From IMG/VR virus record IMGVR_UViG_3300037313_000468, positions 1-41,427 of that record: 41,427 nt of DNA; one strand, written 5' to 3'. Below, piece after piece: positions 22,713 to 31,516 of the stretch. The translations under genes and the position numbers were made by a program. The DNA comes from a virus. Taxonomy: Duplodnaviria > Caudoviricetes. The notes under the pieces are model-generated. The model made no database searches. It saw nothing but the letters and a program-made list of their open reading frames with translations, and had not been told where the DNA came from. Numbering within the stretch: the stretch's first letter is position 1; every line of letters begins with the position of its first letter.

Positions 22713-24153
22713 GTACGCCAAGAAGTTCACCTTCCCGGCCGGTATCACGAGGACGGTCTGGCCGAGGGTTGAGGCGAAGGGGCTGGAGCTCGGGCTCGGG
22801 TTCGACTGGTGGCAGGCGCAGGCCGGCACGGTCATCCTCGGCTACGGACCTGACGGTCGCTATCGGTCGACCGTGGGCGGCGTGGGCATGTCGATCCCTA
22901 GGCAGGTCGGCAAGACGTACTTCGTGCTCGCGCTGCTCGTCATCATGTGCATCCTGTTCCCCGGCTTGCAGGTCGTGTGGACTGCGCATCACCTGCGAAC
23001 CTCGACGAAGACGTTCACGTCGCTGCGGGGCATCTGCCGGCGCAAGAAGGTCGCGCCGCACGTCAAGGCGATGCGGGCCGCGAACGGCGAGCAGCAGGTC
23101 GAGTTCCACAACGGTTCGACGATCATGTTCGGCGCCCGTTCACAGGGCTTCGGCCGCGGCTTCGACGAGATCGACGTCGAAGTCTTCGACGAGGCGCAGA
23201 TCCTCGACACGAAAGCGCTCGAGGACATGATCGCCGCGACGAACCAGGCGCGACACCAGTACGGCGCGCTGCTGTTCTTCATGGGCACACCGCCGCGCCC
23301 GTCGGACCCGTCGGAGGCGTTCCGGCTGCGCCGTGACGAGGCGTGGGCCGGTGAGGCCGAAGACGCGATCTGGCTCGAGATCGGCGCCGACCCCGAGTCG
23401 GACGTCAACGACGAGGACCAGTGGGCGGTGATGAACCCGTCCTACCCGCTACGGACGCCGCGCGAGTCGATGCTGCGGCTGCGGAAGAACCTCAAGGACG
23501 ACGACTCGTGGAACCGTGAGGGCCGCGGCGTCTGGGACCCCAAGAACACGAGCCGCGTCATCGACGAGCAGTCGTGGGCGGCGGTGGCCGACCCAGCGTC
23601 GATGGCGATTGACCGGTTGACGCTGGCGATCGATGTGGCCCCGGATCGCTCGGTGGCCTCGGTGTCGCTGGCTGGTCTGCGGCCGGACGGCATCTGGCAT
23701 GTCGAGCTCGACGAGCACCGCTCGGGCGCTGACTGGGCTATCGGCTGGGTGAAGCAGCGCGCCGCGCTGGTGAAGCTGCATGCGGTCGTGGTCGATGAGC
23801 TCGCCGGTCTCGCGGAGAAGCGCCACGGCCGGCACTACCTGAAGGGGACGGATGTGGCGGTAACGCTCGCGTCGTCCGAAGGTCGCGACATGGCGATCGC
23901 GTGCGCCGGCTACTTCGACGCCGTGATGGGCGCGACGGTCCGCCACACGGATCAGCCGCAGATGAACGTCTCGCTGTCTCAGGCGGGGAAGCGCCCGGTC
24001 GGTAGCGGCTGGGCGTGGAACAAGAAGACGCCGGACTCGGACATCACTCCGGTTGCTTCGCAGACTCTCGCGCTCTGGGGTGCCCAGAGCGACAACGTCA
24101 ACAAGGCGAGCCGTAACTGGTCGCGGAACGGTGGTGGGGGGTGGGTGGCTTGA
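22684..24153 (+). CDS. terL: Terminase large subunit
   Basis: Walker A PRQVGKT, Walker B VFDEAQ, coupling motif MGTPP, nuclease motifs AIDV and DITP. Confidence 0.95.
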   Translation: MASSTPRLSEYAKKFTFPAGITRTVWPRVEAKGLELGLGFDWWQAQAGTVILGYGPDGRYRSTVGGVGMSIPRQVGKTYFVLALLVIMCILFPGLQVVWTAHHLRTSTKTFTSLRGICRRKKVAPHVKAMRAANGEQQVEFHNGSTIMFGARSQGFGRGFDEIDVEVFDEAQILDTKALEDMIAATNQARHQYGALLFFMGTPPRPSDPSEAFRLRRDEAWAGEAEDAIWLEIGADPESDVNDEDQWAVMNPSYPLRTPRESMLRLRKNLKDDDSWNREGRGVWDPKNTSRVIDEQSWAAVADPASMAIDRLTLAIDVAPDRSVASVSLAGLRPDGIWHVELDEHRSGADWAIGWVKQRAALVKLHAVVVDELAGLAEKRHGRHYLKGTDVAVTLASSEGRDMAIACAGYFDAVMGATVRHTDQPQMNVSLSQAGKRPVGSGWAWNKKTPDSDITPVASQTLALWGAQSDNVNKASRNWSRNGGGGWVA

Positions 24154-25577
24154 CCTTCGAGAAGCTGAACATCCCCGGCCTGTCCGACTCCGAGTCGGCT
24201 GCCCTGAACCGGAACCTCGAGCGCCTGGCGAACACGCGCCGGATGAACATGCGCCGGTCCGAGCTGTACGACGGGAAGAACGCGCTCGCGCAGGCGAGCG
24301 GTGTCGTCCCGCCGCAGTACTTCCGCCTCGGGATCGCGCTCGGCTGGTCCGGCAAGGCCGTTGACGGGCTGACGCGCCGCTGCCAGATCGAGCGGATGGT
24401 GTGGCCGGACGGCGACCTCGGCTCGGTCGGAATGGACGAGCTGACGCGGGACAATTTCCTGCTGTCGGAGATCGCGCAGGGCCTGACGGACTCGGCCCTG
24501 CATGGTGTCTCGTTCCTCATCAACACCCAGGGTGTCGAGGGTGAGCCGCGGTCGCTGATGCACGTCAAGGACGCGCTGAACTGCACCGGGACGTGGAACG
24601 CCCGCACGCGCCGGCTCGATGACACCCTGTCGATCACGTCGTGGGACAAGGACGACGCGACGAAGCCGACCGGCTTCATCCTCTACCTCTACGGGCTGAC
24701 GATCAGCGCGACGAAGGCCGATGGCCGGTGGACCCTGACGCGCTCGGAGCACGGCTGGGGCGTGCCGGCCGAGCCGCTCGTCTACAAGCCTCGCCCGTCG
24801 CGCCGATACGGCCAGAGCCGCCTGACACGCCCGATCATGGGCCTGCACGAGCAGGCGGTCCGTGAGCTGATCCGGCTCGAGGGGCATATGGACATCTACT
24901 CCTACCCGGAGTTCTGGCTCCTCGGCGGCGACATGTCGGCGTTCCGCAACGCTGACGGCTCGCAGAAGGCTGTATGGCAGGTCATGCTCGGCCGCATCAA
25001 GGGCATCGAGGACAACGAGAACAAGCCTGACGCGCTCGCGCGGCCCGATGTGAGGCAGTTCCCTGCCGCGTCTCCTGAGCCGCACGCGAAGGCGCTGGGG
25101 CTGCTGTCGCGGGCGTTCGCGCGCGAGGCGTCACTCCCGGACTCGGCGGTCGCTCTTGAGGGACTGTCGAACCCGACGAGCGCCGACGCCTACGACGCGA
25201 GCCAGTACGAGCTCATCGCCGAGGCTGAGGGGGCGATGGCTGACTGGTCGACGCCGATCTCGCGGTCGGTGGCGCGCGGCCTGGCCATCCTGAACGGCCT
25301 GACTGACGTGCCTGACGAGTTCCTGACGATCGCGCCGGGCTGGCTGGGTGCGAAGTTCGAGAGCCGGGCGGCGAAGGCTGACGCTGGGTCGAAGCAACTT
25401 GCGGCGGTGCCGTGGCTGGCCGATACGGAGGTCGGGCTCGAGCTGCTGGGTCTCGACGAGCAGCAGATCCAGCGGGCACTCGCGGAGAAGCGCCGCGCCG
25501 CTGGGCGTGCCGTCCTGGCCGCCCTGACGCCGGCTCAGACGGCGACCCAGGCGCAGGCGAATGCCGACAGCGCTTGA
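24150..25577 (+). CDS. Portal protein
   Basis: About 475 aa directly after terL; YDGK, GWSGKAVD and YGQSRLT patterns; TTG 24150 (TTGA overlap) or GTG 24141 start. Confidence 0.9.
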   Translation: MTFEKLNIPGLSDSESAALNRNLERLANTRRMNMRRSELYDGKNALAQASGVVPPQYFRLGIALGWSGKAVDGLTRRCQIERMVWPDGDLGSVGMDELTRDNFLLSEIAQGLTDSALHGVSFLINTQGVEGEPRSLMHVKDALNCTGTWNARTRRLDDTLSITSWDKDDATKPTGFILYLYGLTISATKADGRWTLTRSEHGWGVPAEPLVYKPRPSRRYGQSRLTRPIMGLHEQAVRELIRLEGHMDIYSYPEFWLLGGDMSAFRNADGSQKAVWQVMLGRIKGIEDNENKPDALARPDVRQFPAASPEPHAKALGLLSRAFAREASLPDSAVALEGLSNPTSADAYDASQYELIAEAEGAMADWSTPISRSVARGLAILNGLTDVPDEFLTIAPGWLGAKFESRAAKADAGSKQLAAVPWLADTEVGLELLGLDEQQIQRALAEKRRAAGRAVLAALTPAQTATQAQANADSA

Positions 25578-26226
25578 GTCGCGGGCGGCGCTGACGCTCG
25601 TCACGGGCGCTGCTGTTGGCGCCGTGCAGCGGCTCCTCGGGTCGCTCACCGGCCCGCCAGAGTCGGTCCGGTCGGACCTGCTCGATGCGGTGCCGCAGAT
25701 CATCGGCTACTACGCGGACGGCTCGTCGGCGCTCGCCGCTGACTTCTACGACGACGAGCGGGAGCGGGCCGCAGCACGCGGGCGGTTCCTCGCGGAGCCC
25801 GTCGTGCTGGACCGTGGCGAGAAGATCGGCCGCGCGGTCGCATGGGCGGCCAAGCCCCTCTTCGACGGCGACGGTGACCCGGCAGGACGGCTGGCCGAGG
25901 TGGTGCAGCTGGAGACGGCACGCCCGTACCGGGACACGATCACGACGAACCGTCAGCGTGACCCGCAGGCGGTCGGGTGGCAGCGCGTGAGCGCGGGCGG
26001 CTGCTCGTTCTGCCGGATGCTCGCCGGCCGCGGCGCGGTCTACAAGGAAGCGACGGCTCGGTTCGCGTCACACACGAACTGCCACTGCACCGCGTCGCCC
26101 GTGTTCAAGGGCAGCGACCCCGGCCCCGAGGCGTCAGTCGTGCAGTACGTCGCGAGCAAGCGCCGCCCCACCGCGCGGGACCGAGAACGTGTCCGCGCCT
26201 ACCTCGCCGAGAACTACGGCGACTGA
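25561..26226 (+). CDS. Capsid maturation / MuF-like minor head protein
   Basis: WQRV...CSFCRMLAGRGAVY...HTNCHC motif; follows the portal gene. Confidence 0.8.
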   Translation: MPTALESRAALTLVTGAAVGAVQRLLGSLTGPPESVRSDLLDAVPQIIGYYADGSSALAADFYDDERERAAARGRFLAEPVVLDRGEKIGRAVAWAAKPLFDGDGDPAGRLAEVVQLETARPYRDTITTNRQRDPQAVGWQRVSAGGCSFCRMLAGRGAVYKEATARFASHTNCHCTASPVFKGSDPGPEASVVQYVASKRRPTARDRERVRAYLAENYGD

Positions 26227-26290
26227 AGACCCCCGCGCACGCGGGTTACGCCGACGCTGAGCGGTCAATCAGCGGCCCATGGAGGAATCA

Positions 26291-26776
26291 GTGAGCGAAG
26301 GAACCGGAGAAGGCACGCAGGGCGCGCAGGAGAACGGCGCGACCGGCGACGAGCAGACCAAGACGTTCACCCAGGACGAGGTCAACCAGCTCGTCGGACA
26401 GGCCCGAGTGGATGAGCGCCGCAAGGTGCAGTCCAAGTTCGCGGACTACGACGAGCTCAAGACCAAGGCTGAGGGCGCCAAGACGCTCGAGGAGCGTTTC
26501 GCCGAGATCGAGCAGCGGGCAGCCAAGGCGGAAGCCGCGGCGCTGCGCTCGAACATCGCGGCGAAGTTCAGCATCTCCCCGGAGGATCGCGACCTGTTCC
26601 TGACCGGCGCCGACGAGGAAACCCTCACGGCGCAGGCGCAGCGTCTCGCACAGCGTGACGCGGACCGCAAGAAGCAAGGCAACGTCGCCCCGACCGAGGG
26701 CGGCAACCAGAACCCAGGCGATTCCAAGGGCGACGAGCGCGCATTCGCGCGCCAGCTCTTCGGGAAGACCGACTGA
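26291..26776 (+). CDS. Scaffolding protein
   Basis: KTFTQDEVN...KFADYDELK coiled coil; GGAGGA RBS; precedes the capsid gene. Confidence 0.85.
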   Translation: MSEGTGEGTQGAQENGATGDEQTKTFTQDEVNQLVGQARVDERRKVQSKFADYDELKTKAEGAKTLEERFAEIEQRAAKAEAAALRSNIAAKFSISPEDRDLFLTGADEETLTAQAQRLAQRDADRKKQGNVAPTEGGNQNPGDSKGDERAFARQLFGKTD

Positions 26777-26794
26777 CGTCCCAGGAGGACAGAA

Positions 26795-27691
26795 ATGGCA
26801 ACTCTCGCAACGGGATCGCTCTCGATCCCCAAGCAGAAGATCGCGCCCTGGCTGGGCAAGATCCAGAACGGCTCATGCGTCGCGACACTGTCGGCCGCCA
26901 CCCCGATGACCTTCGGTGAGGGCGAGTCGTGGACCTTCGACATCGGCGAGGCCGAGTACGTCGCTGAAGGTGCCGCGAAGGGCGCCTCGACCGTCACGCC
27001 CACCAGCAAGACGATCAAGCCCTTCAAGTTCCACAAGACCCTCCGCTTCAACGAGGAAGTCCTGTGGGCCGACGAGGACCGCCAGCTCGAGGTCGTCGAC
27101 GAGATCCTCGAGCTCATCCAGCCGGCGCTCTCCCGCGCGCTCGACTTCGGCGTGTTCCACGAGATCAACCCCACCGGTGGCGCTGTCGTCGCCGCCATGA
27201 ACGGTGGCCTCACGGACACGACGAACCTCGTCGAGTACGCCGCCGCGGACAAGCCCTACGTGAGCCTGGACGCGGCCGACGCGCTCGTGCTCGCCGACGG
27301 CTACGTCCCGCGGGACATCGCCCTCGACCCGACGTACGCGGCGAAGTTCTCCGCGCTGCGTGGCGCCACGTCCGAGCAGAAGCTCTACCCGAACTTCCGC
27401 CTCGGCGTCGAGACCTCCGAGCTCGACGGCCACCGCGCCTCGGTGTCCAACACCGTCCGCGGCACCGGCGTCCTCGCGGTCGACACGAAGGTGCTCGGCT
27501 TCGTCGGCGACTTCTCCGCGATCCGCTGGGGCGTGCAGAAGTCGATCGGCCTCGAGGTCATCCGCTTCGGTGACCCCGACGGCGGCGGCGACCTCAAGCG
27601 CTACAACCAGGTCGCGTTCCGCGCGGAGGTCGTCTACGGCTGGGGCATCGCAGACCTCAACGCGTTCGCCAAGATCCACGACCTCGTCTGA
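26795..27691 (+). CDS. Major capsid protein (HK97 fold)
   Basis: AEYVAEGAAK...GDFS...NQVAFRAEVVYGWGI; strong RBS and codon bias. Confidence 0.93.
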   Translation: MATLATGSLSIPKQKIAPWLGKIQNGSCVATLSAATPMTFGEGESWTFDIGEAEYVAEGAAKGASTVTPTSKTIKPFKFHKTLRFNEEVLWADEDRQLEVVDEILELIQPALSRALDFGVFHEINPTGGAVVAAMNGGLTDTTNLVEYAAADKPYVSLDAADALVLADGYVPRDIALDPTYAAKFSALRGATSEQKLYPNFRLGVETSELDGHRASVSNTVRGTGVLAVDTKVLGFVGDFSAIRWGVQKSIGLEVIRFGDPDGGGDLKRYNQVAFRAEVVYGWGIADLNAFAKIHDLV

Positions 27692-27849
27692 TGGCTGACA
27701 AGCCGAAGACCGTTCGCGGCACCGTCGGTGGCGCCACGGTCGAGACGAGCCAGGAGAACGCGGAGCGTCTCGGTTCCGCGTTCACGCCCGAGAAGGCGCC
27801 GGCCAAGAAGGCCGCAGCCAAGTCGTCGGCCAAGTCCGACGAGAAGTGA
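27691..27849 (+). CDS. Small Lys/Ala-rich head-associated protein (52 aa)
   Basis: TGATG coupling to the capsid gene; high GC3 codon usage. Confidence 0.65.
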   Translation: MADKPKTVRGTVGGATVETSQENAERLGSAFTPEKAPAKKAAAKSSAKSDEK

Positions 27850-27866
27850 CCTGAGAGGGGGCGGAC

Positions 27867-28349
27867 ATGCCGCTGACGACGTCGATCACCCCAGCGAACA
27901 TCGCCGTCGCGCTCGGCGTGACCGCCCCCGACTCAGGCTCCCCCACCGAGGCGCAGTGGGAGATGTGGATCGCTGACGCGCTGATGCTGGTCCAGGTTCG
28001 TGTCGACTCGATCGACCCGGTCCCGACCGTCGACCAGGCGCGTCTCGACTACGTCATCCGCGAGGCTGTCGTGGCTCAGGTGCGCCGGCCCGACGATGCC
28101 CGGCAGGTGACCGTGGCCGTCGACGACGCTTCGACGTCGCGGACGTACACCAGCAGCCGCGGCCGGGTCTCGATCACCGATGACTGGTGGGCGCTGCTCG
28201 GGCTCGTTCCGACGAGCGGCGGCGCATTCGATCTCGACACCGTCGGGTCCTCGACGGTGCACCTGCCGTGGTGTGCGCTGAACTTCGGGGCGCTCTACTG
28301 CTCCTGCGGTGCCGACATCGCCGGCTACCCGATCTACGAGCTGGGCTGA
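27867..28349 (+). CDS. Head-to-tail adaptor
   Basis: Synteny; VTVAVDDASTSRTY...ITDDWWALLG pattern. Confidence 0.75.
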   Translation: MPLTTSITPANIAVALGVTAPDSGSPTEAQWEMWIADALMLVQVRVDSIDPVPTVDQARLDYVIREAVVAQVRRPDDARQVTVAVDDASTSRTYTSSRGRVSITDDWWALLGLVPTSGGAFDLDTVGSSTVHLPWCALNFGALYCSCGADIAGYPIYELG

Positions 28350-28354
28350 CGCTG

Positions 28355-28759
28355 ATGTCCATCGGCTACGACATCGCCGCGGCGCTTCCTGAGCTCCGCG
28401 CACAGGCCGAGTCGATGATGCTCGACACCGTGAAGGTGGAGCGCCAGACCGGCGCCACGACCGACCCCGTGACTCTCGAGGACGTGCCCACCTGGGAGAC
28501 GATCTACGAGGGCAAGGGACGCTGGCAGCGACCCGACACGGTCGCGGCCGAGACGGTGGCCGGCGAGGTCGAGTTCGGCGTGAACCGGACGACGGTGCAG
28601 CTGCCGATGTCGGCGACCGGCGTCAAGCGCGGGGACCGTGCGACCTGCACGGCGTCGACGTTCGACCCGGACCTGCCCGGCACTCAGGCGACGGTGCTTG
28701 CCGTGCCCAACAAGACTCACGCGATCATGCGCCGGCTGCTCTGCGAGGAGGTCACCTGA
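28355..28759 (+). CDS. Head-to-tail stopper (DUF6093-like)
   Basis: RAQAESMMLDTV...IYEGKGR...QLP pattern; synteny. Confidence 0.75.
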   Translation: MSIGYDIAAALPELRAQAESMMLDTVKVERQTGATTDPVTLEDVPTWETIYEGKGRWQRPDTVAAETVAGEVEFGVNRTTVQLPMSATGVKRGDRATCTASTFDPDLPGTQATVLAVPNKTHAIMRRLLCEEVT

Positions 28760-29226
28760 TGGACATCGACCTCTCTGAGTTCAAGAGCCTGTCCGCGAGC
28801 CTCGGACGTGCGTCCGCCGCGATGGTGACCGCCGAGCGCGCCGTCGTCGCGAAGGCGCTCACCAACATCAAGAAGGAGACCCGCAAGGGCATCTCGACGA
28901 ACCCGACATGGGCGCGACTCGCCTCGACCGTCAACTACGACCAGGCTGGCCTGACGGGCGTCGTCGGCTACGACGACCGCGGCCAGGGTGAGCTCGCCGG
29001 CATCGCGGAGTTTGGTTCGGCGCGCCACGCCCCACACCCGGCGCTGATGCCCGCCGCGCGTGACGAGGCGCCCCGGTTCGAGAAGGCAACGCTGGATGTG
29101 GCGTCCGGCATCATCGACGCCGCGCTGGGCAACCCGGCCGCGAAGCTTGAGTACGTCACGAAGGACGGGCGCACCATCCTCGCAACGGAGGCGCAGATCG
29201 CGAACTTCACGCGAGGCACCCGGTGA
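28759..29226 (+). CDS. Neck/tail completion protein (HK97 gp10-like)
   Basis: IAEFGS...APHPALMPA motif; synteny. Confidence 0.7.
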   Translation: MDIDLSEFKSLSASLGRASAAMVTAERAVVAKALTNIKKETRKGISTNPTWARLASTVNYDQAGLTGVVGYDDRGQGELAGIAEFGSARHAPHPALMPAARDEAPRFEKATLDVASGIIDAALGNPAAKLEYVTKDGRTILATEAQIANFTRGTR

Positions 29227-29615
29227 GCGCGGATCTCGCGTCGGCCATCATCGAGCGGCTGACCGCGGCCCCGCTCAAGGTGTTCGACACCCCGCCGCCG
29301 GCCACGACCGTCCCGCCATACGTCGTCGTCTACTTCGACGCTGGCGTCCGCTCCTCCGACCGCGAGGCCGACGCGCGCGTCACTCGCGACCATGGCTGGC
29401 AGACGGTCACCGTGGGAGCCTCCGCGTCGCAGACCCGTGCCGCCCTTGACCGCGTCACCGCGGCGCTCGAGGACTGGCGGCCCGCCGTGACGGGTGTGAC
29501 GTTCTCGAAGGTTGACCACGAGGGCACGCAGCCCACCCGTCGCGACCCGGACATGCCGGATCGCGTCCTCTACATCGCCACGGACCAGTGGCGAGCGGTG
29601 TCGGACCCGGTCTGA
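29223..29615 (+). CDS. Tail terminator
   Basis: VFD.P...PPYVVVY pattern; upstream of the major tail gene. Confidence 0.75.
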   Translation: MSADLASAIIERLTAAPLKVFDTPPPATTVPPYVVVYFDAGVRSSDREADARVTRDHGWQTVTVGASASQTRAALDRVTAALEDWRPAVTGVTFSKVDHEGTQPTRRDPDMPDRVLYIATDQWRAVSDPV

Positions 29616-29666
29616 CGCCCGCACCCGTGCAACCCATCCACAACTGCCCGGAAGGGGCGATTACTC

Positions 29667-29852
29667 ATGGCGTGGAAGCGCTACAAGGACCCCACGTCCG
29701 GGGACGAGTTCACGGCTGACGAGCGGGCCGGAACGGCGATGGGCCTCAAGCCTCTCGACAAGGACGCGGTCGACGCAAGCGACCGTCCGCTCCCCACCAA
29801 GCCCAACACCGACAAGGGCGGCCAGAAGTCCGCCGCGAGCAAGGAGGCCTGA
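29667..29852 (+). CDS. Small hypothetical protein (61 aa)
   Basis: RBS present; lies between the tail terminator and major tail genes. Confidence 0.65.
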   Translation: MAWKRYKDPTSGDEFTADERAGTAMGLKPLDKDAVDASDRPLPTKPNTDKGGQKSAASKEA

Positions 29853-29855
29853 GCC

Positions 29856-30383
29856 ATGGCGCTCACCATCCCGCCCGGCGTCGACGCCAACGGCCGTCGC
29901 AACGCCATCTTCGTCCCTACCGACACGCTCTCCGTGGCGGTCCTCACCGGCTCGACCGCGGTCGAGCTGATGTGCTACCTGACCAAGGGCACGTTCGGCG
30001 TCTCGTCGGACACGCAGCGCGGCACCGACGAGCGCGAGTGCACGCTGGTCGCCGCCGAGGTCATGGGCAACACCACGTACTCGATGAACGACCTCGAGTA
30101 TGTGTGGGAGCCGCAGGACACGGCTGGCACCTCGGCCACGAACCAGGCGCTCAACAAGCTCGGCCCGCGCACGGGTGGGGCCACCGGCTTCATCATCGTG
30201 CGTTACGGCATCGCGCAGGACACGGCGCTCGCTGCTGGTCAGCTCGTCGACAAGCTGCCCGTGACCCTCGGCCCGCAGCTGCCGAAGTCAGTCGACGGCA
30301 GCAACCCGGCCGAGAAGCTGAAGATCACGCAGTCGGTGGTCATCAACCAGGGCGCGCAGTTCAGCGTTCCGCTCGTCGCCTGA
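29856..30383 (+). CDS. Major tail protein
   Basis: ELMCYLT...DEREC...GFIIVRYG pattern; followed by a hairpin and chaperone genes. Confidence 0.85.
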   Translation: MALTIPPGVDANGRRNAIFVPTDTLSVAVLTGSTAVELMCYLTKGTFGVSSDTQRGTDERECTLVAAEVMGNTTYSMNDLEYVWEPQDTAGTSATNQALNKLGPRTGGATGFIIVRYGIAQDTALAAGQLVDKLPVTLGPQLPKSVDGSNPAEKLKITQSVVINQGAQFSVPLVA

Positions 30384-30393
30384 TCCCTCATCG

Positions 30394-30433
30394 CCCCTCG
30401 GCTCGCGCTTTGCACGGGTCGCGAGCCGAGGGG
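30394..30433 (+). terminator. Hairpin after the major tail gene
   Basis: CCCCTCGGCTCGCG...CGCGAGCCGAGGGG, 14-bp stem. Confidence 0.65.
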
Positions 30434-30471
30434 TCAACCCGTGCAACCCCGTGCCGCAAGGAGATCCACCC

Positions 30472-30966
30472 ATGTCTGAGCCCTTCGATTTCGAGGCGTT
30501 CATCGCTGGCGCCCACCTCGCCGAGGACACGTTCGCGCTCTACCTCGTCAACCACGGCCCGCAGATCGCTCGCCTTCAGGAGCAGATCGCCGCGGCCTCT
30601 GCGCCCGGCGACGAGCGCGAGGCGTCGACCGACAGCGCCAGCGCAGACCTCGAGCAGCAGGTCGAGACCCTCATCGCGCAGATGGAGGAGTCTAAGCGTG
30701 AGGTGACTCTGCGGACCCTCACCCCGGACGAGCTTCGTGACCTGTCTGGCGAAGAGACCGACGTGTACGACCAGCTCGCCACGCAGTCAGTCTCGCCGCG
30801 CCTCGACCGTGACCAGTGGCAGCGTCTCGGCGCCGCTGTGGGCGCGACCCCGTTCGCGGAGTTCGTGACGAAGGCGAACGCGCTCGCGGTGTCGCGGGCC
30901 GTGGTGCCGGATTTCTCGCCGACTATCTCGACGAGCCCGGATCTGAGGGAATCCTCACCGAACTGA
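30472..30966 (+). CDS. Tail assembly chaperone (G)
   Basis: Between the major tail and tape measure genes; AAGGAG RBS. Confidence 0.8.
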   Translation: MSEPFDFEAFIAGAHLAEDTFALYLVNHGPQIARLQEQIAAASAPGDEREASTDSASADLEQQVETLIAQMEESKREVTLRTLTPDELRDLSGEETDVYDQLATQSVSPRLDRDQWQRLGAAVGATPFAEFVTKANALAVSRAVVPDFSPTISTSPDLRESSPN

Positions 30967-31304
30967 GGACAGCTCGAGCGCACGGGTTGGGCCTGACAGC
31001 CTTTCGCGCGCTACCCGCGACGGACCGACTCCTGGCCCTGGCGCTCACGCTGTACGAGGATGGCATCGACCCGTCGCACGGGCAGCGGAAGGCGCTCGCG
31101 CTCGACCCGGACCTTGCCGACGAGTGGACGCACATCGACCCCGTGAAGGACTTTGCGGCAGAGGCGCTCGCGCTCGCAGCGGAGACCCGCAAGGACGAGA
31201 AGCACCCCCAGGCGTGGCGCTACGTCATCGGCCTGCGTGAGGGATGGGAGTCACGCAAGGCCGCGAAGGTGGCCGCGCGTGAGGCCGCTCAGGACGAGGG
31301 CTAG
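30909..31304 (+). CDS. Tail assembly chaperone extension (GT), via -1 frameshift
   Basis: Slippery-like G GAT TTC at 30909-30915 leads into the open -1 frame (FLADYLDEPG...) ending at 31304. Confidence 0.7.
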   Translation, partial: GFLADYLDEPGSEGILTELRTARAHGLGLTAFRALPATDRLLALALTLYEDGIDPSHGQRKALALDPDLADEWTHIDPVKDFAAEALALAAETRKDEKHPQAWRYVIGLREGWESRKAAKVAAREAAQDEG

Positions 31305-31474
31305 TCGCGTTTCGGTCGCGCCGCGTACTGCATGACGCCGCCGAGACCGATCGTCAACAGCCCCAGCCATGCCGGGCCGCGCATCACCACCAGCAGCACC
31401 GTGAGGGCCAGCCCCAACGCGACGATCGCGACCGGCAGCCATGCCCCGTCGCGCTTCTCCCCTGACTCATCCAT
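31301..31474 (-). CDS. Antisense small two-TM membrane protein (57 aa)
   Basis: MDESGEKRDGAWLPVAIVALGLALTVLLVVMRGPAWLGLLTIGLGGVMQYAARPKRD; TACCGT -10 box 6 nt upstream suggests a leaderless mRNA. Confidence 0.65.
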   Translation of the reverse strand: MDESGEKRDGAWLPVAIVALGLALTVLLVVMRGPAWLGLLTIGLGGVMQYAARPKRD

Positions 31475-31516
31475 ACCGGCACGGTAGCGCCGGCCGACGC
31501 TCCGTGAGGGGGTTTC

